From NCBI RefSeq assembly GCF_964204645.1, contig NC_134026.1, positions 14,418,150 through 14,482,149 of the forward strand: a stretch of DNA of 64,000 nt. The letters are read 5' to 3'. A model generated the notes under the pieces. The model did no database searches, had not been told where the DNA came from, and saw only the letters and a list, made by a program, of their open reading frames with translations. This stretch comes from Tubulanus polymorphus. Taxonomy: Eukaryota; Animalia; Nemertea. Both the position numbers and the translations under genes were made by a program. Shown here in pieces: positions 62,569-64,000 of the stretch; position 1 is the stretch's first letter, and the number at the start of each line of letters is the position of its first letter.

Positions 62569-63661
62569 ATATGGATCGGAAACTCTCCAGCGATGCACTC
62601 TATGATCTTAAGAACCTGTCTCTGCTGACTGGGAATAAGATATTTCTCAGCGCGAAGGGGGCGGGGCGCAGCGTCACCAGGTCCCGCTCCGCGAGGAAGC
62701 TAGATTTTCAAAGAAATGAGTGCACGCGTACGGCTGTGACCACTTGTTAGGGACGTCATCAAGAAGGGTGGCTCCAAGAATCGCCACATCACAGGTTACC
62801 ATGGTTACTGTGAATAAATGGGATTCGACCATTCAAAAAATCAAAATGTACTTTCTTGTTTTGTAAAACAAGTTTATTCATGTCGTTATATAAAGCATTT
62901 TGTTTGGAACATTCTTTAATAATGTTTGTTGAGTTTAAAGCCAATTGTCGTTGTGTAATTCCATACTGGTCACTGACATCAAAGTTTTAGTTTTTGTTCA
63001 CATGTTTCGACTTATAAATATCCAACTTGTATGTTCTATCTTTAAATACAGGCCATGTGATTAATTGCGTATCACTCCGTTAGTTTAAAAAGAGAGCACA
63101 TATTTCAATATTGTTAAATAATTAACTACATCATCTTAACTACCCATCACATATAAAATTCAAATGTACGTGATGTATTCTGTAAGCTATGTAAGCTTGT
63201 TCTTAAAATACACTATGAATTTTCAATTTGTACTGACCATAATAGTTTATTTTTCGTAAATAAAATTTATATTTTAATCAAATAATTTCAAAATCTTTTC
63301 TATGCCCTCTGCAACAGAAAGTTACTAAGGACTATTACATATTCAGATGTACGTTGATAATTGATTCAATCGTCCCTTGAAATAATTATATGAACATTAT
63401 TTCGGAAAATGCAGGTGGCGCACAATAATAATACTTAAAACTCATCAAGCTGACGAGTCGTTTCCGTAACCAATGTTACAGACGGGTAACCAATCTACTC
63501 AACTCCACAGACAACTAAACGACCCGAGTAACCCCCAATTTGACTATAACTATAAATTATGTTATGTTAACCGCATTGGTGTGACTTGACACATCAAATG
63601 CGTATCCCGTATTGATATATTTCTATTATCCACTTTTCAAATTATGAATAGCACGCCTGCT

Positions 63662-63697
63662 CAGAAAACCCGTTATCGCTGCGTTGCAGCTATATTT
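63662..63697 (+). mobile_element. Helentron-type 3' end
   Basis: CAGAAAACCCGTTATCGCTGCGTTGCAGCTATATTT. Confidence 0.6.
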
Positions 63698-63839
63698 ATT
63701 TATGTAATTCAAAACTTCAGTGTCGTAAAAGTAGAATCTTAATTGACTATATTGCATAGGCCTAAAGCCAGGCCATCAGATGTGTATGGAATTGAATTGA
63801 ATTCAACACAGCAATTCGCCTGAAATTTGCGATGTATCT

Positions 63840-64000
63840 TTTTGAAAATTAGCGTTAGGATTGCGGGATGTCCACCCCATTTGAAAAAAGTTAATTGGTG
63901 ATCAAATATGGCTGCCGGTGGGGGTGGCCATCTTGAATTTCTTGTTTGCACGATGAAGCCCGATATTCTTGATAGATTTGATGTATATTGAGATCATCGG
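63840..64000. repeat. GGCCATCTTGAATTT-family repeat
   Basis: Matches 13790-13930. Confidence 0.55.

Overview
Repeat-dense, intron-type DNA from an animal genome, probably a marine invertebrate (inference). The only recognisable host coding sequence is one 138-bp exon of delta-1-pyrroline-5-carboxylate synthase (ALDH18A1/P5CS, 15299-15436). The window is dominated by a very AT-rich Polinton/Maverick (adintovirus-like) family present as several diverged copies. Copy 1 (21337-39894) is near-complete, with TIRs, a 6-bp TSD (GCCGTA), protein-primed PolB, two penton genes, major capsid, packaging ATPase, integrase-chromodomain and an HNH nuclease, many of them frameshifted. Copy 2 (46691-58258) is inverted and internally deleted. 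There is also a terminal fragment (12157-13752) and a 2-kb mini/chimeric element (59020-60996). They are nested in two CR1/L2-group LINEs, Helentron-type non-autonomous elements and a CaRF-domain MULE transposase pseudogene. Three signals stand out. (1) The Polinton termini are 120-150-nt imperfect hairpins whose stems co-vary between subfamilies while specific mismatches are kept. (2) Almost every Polinton gene starts in a poxvirus-like T-tract/spacer/TAAATG motif, in two classes. (3) No capsid-maturation protease is visible, but there are many membrane proteins. Together these suggest, as inference, a hairpin-ended, possibly helper-virus-dependent Polinton lineage. Family calls come from motif recognition by eye; no searches were run.
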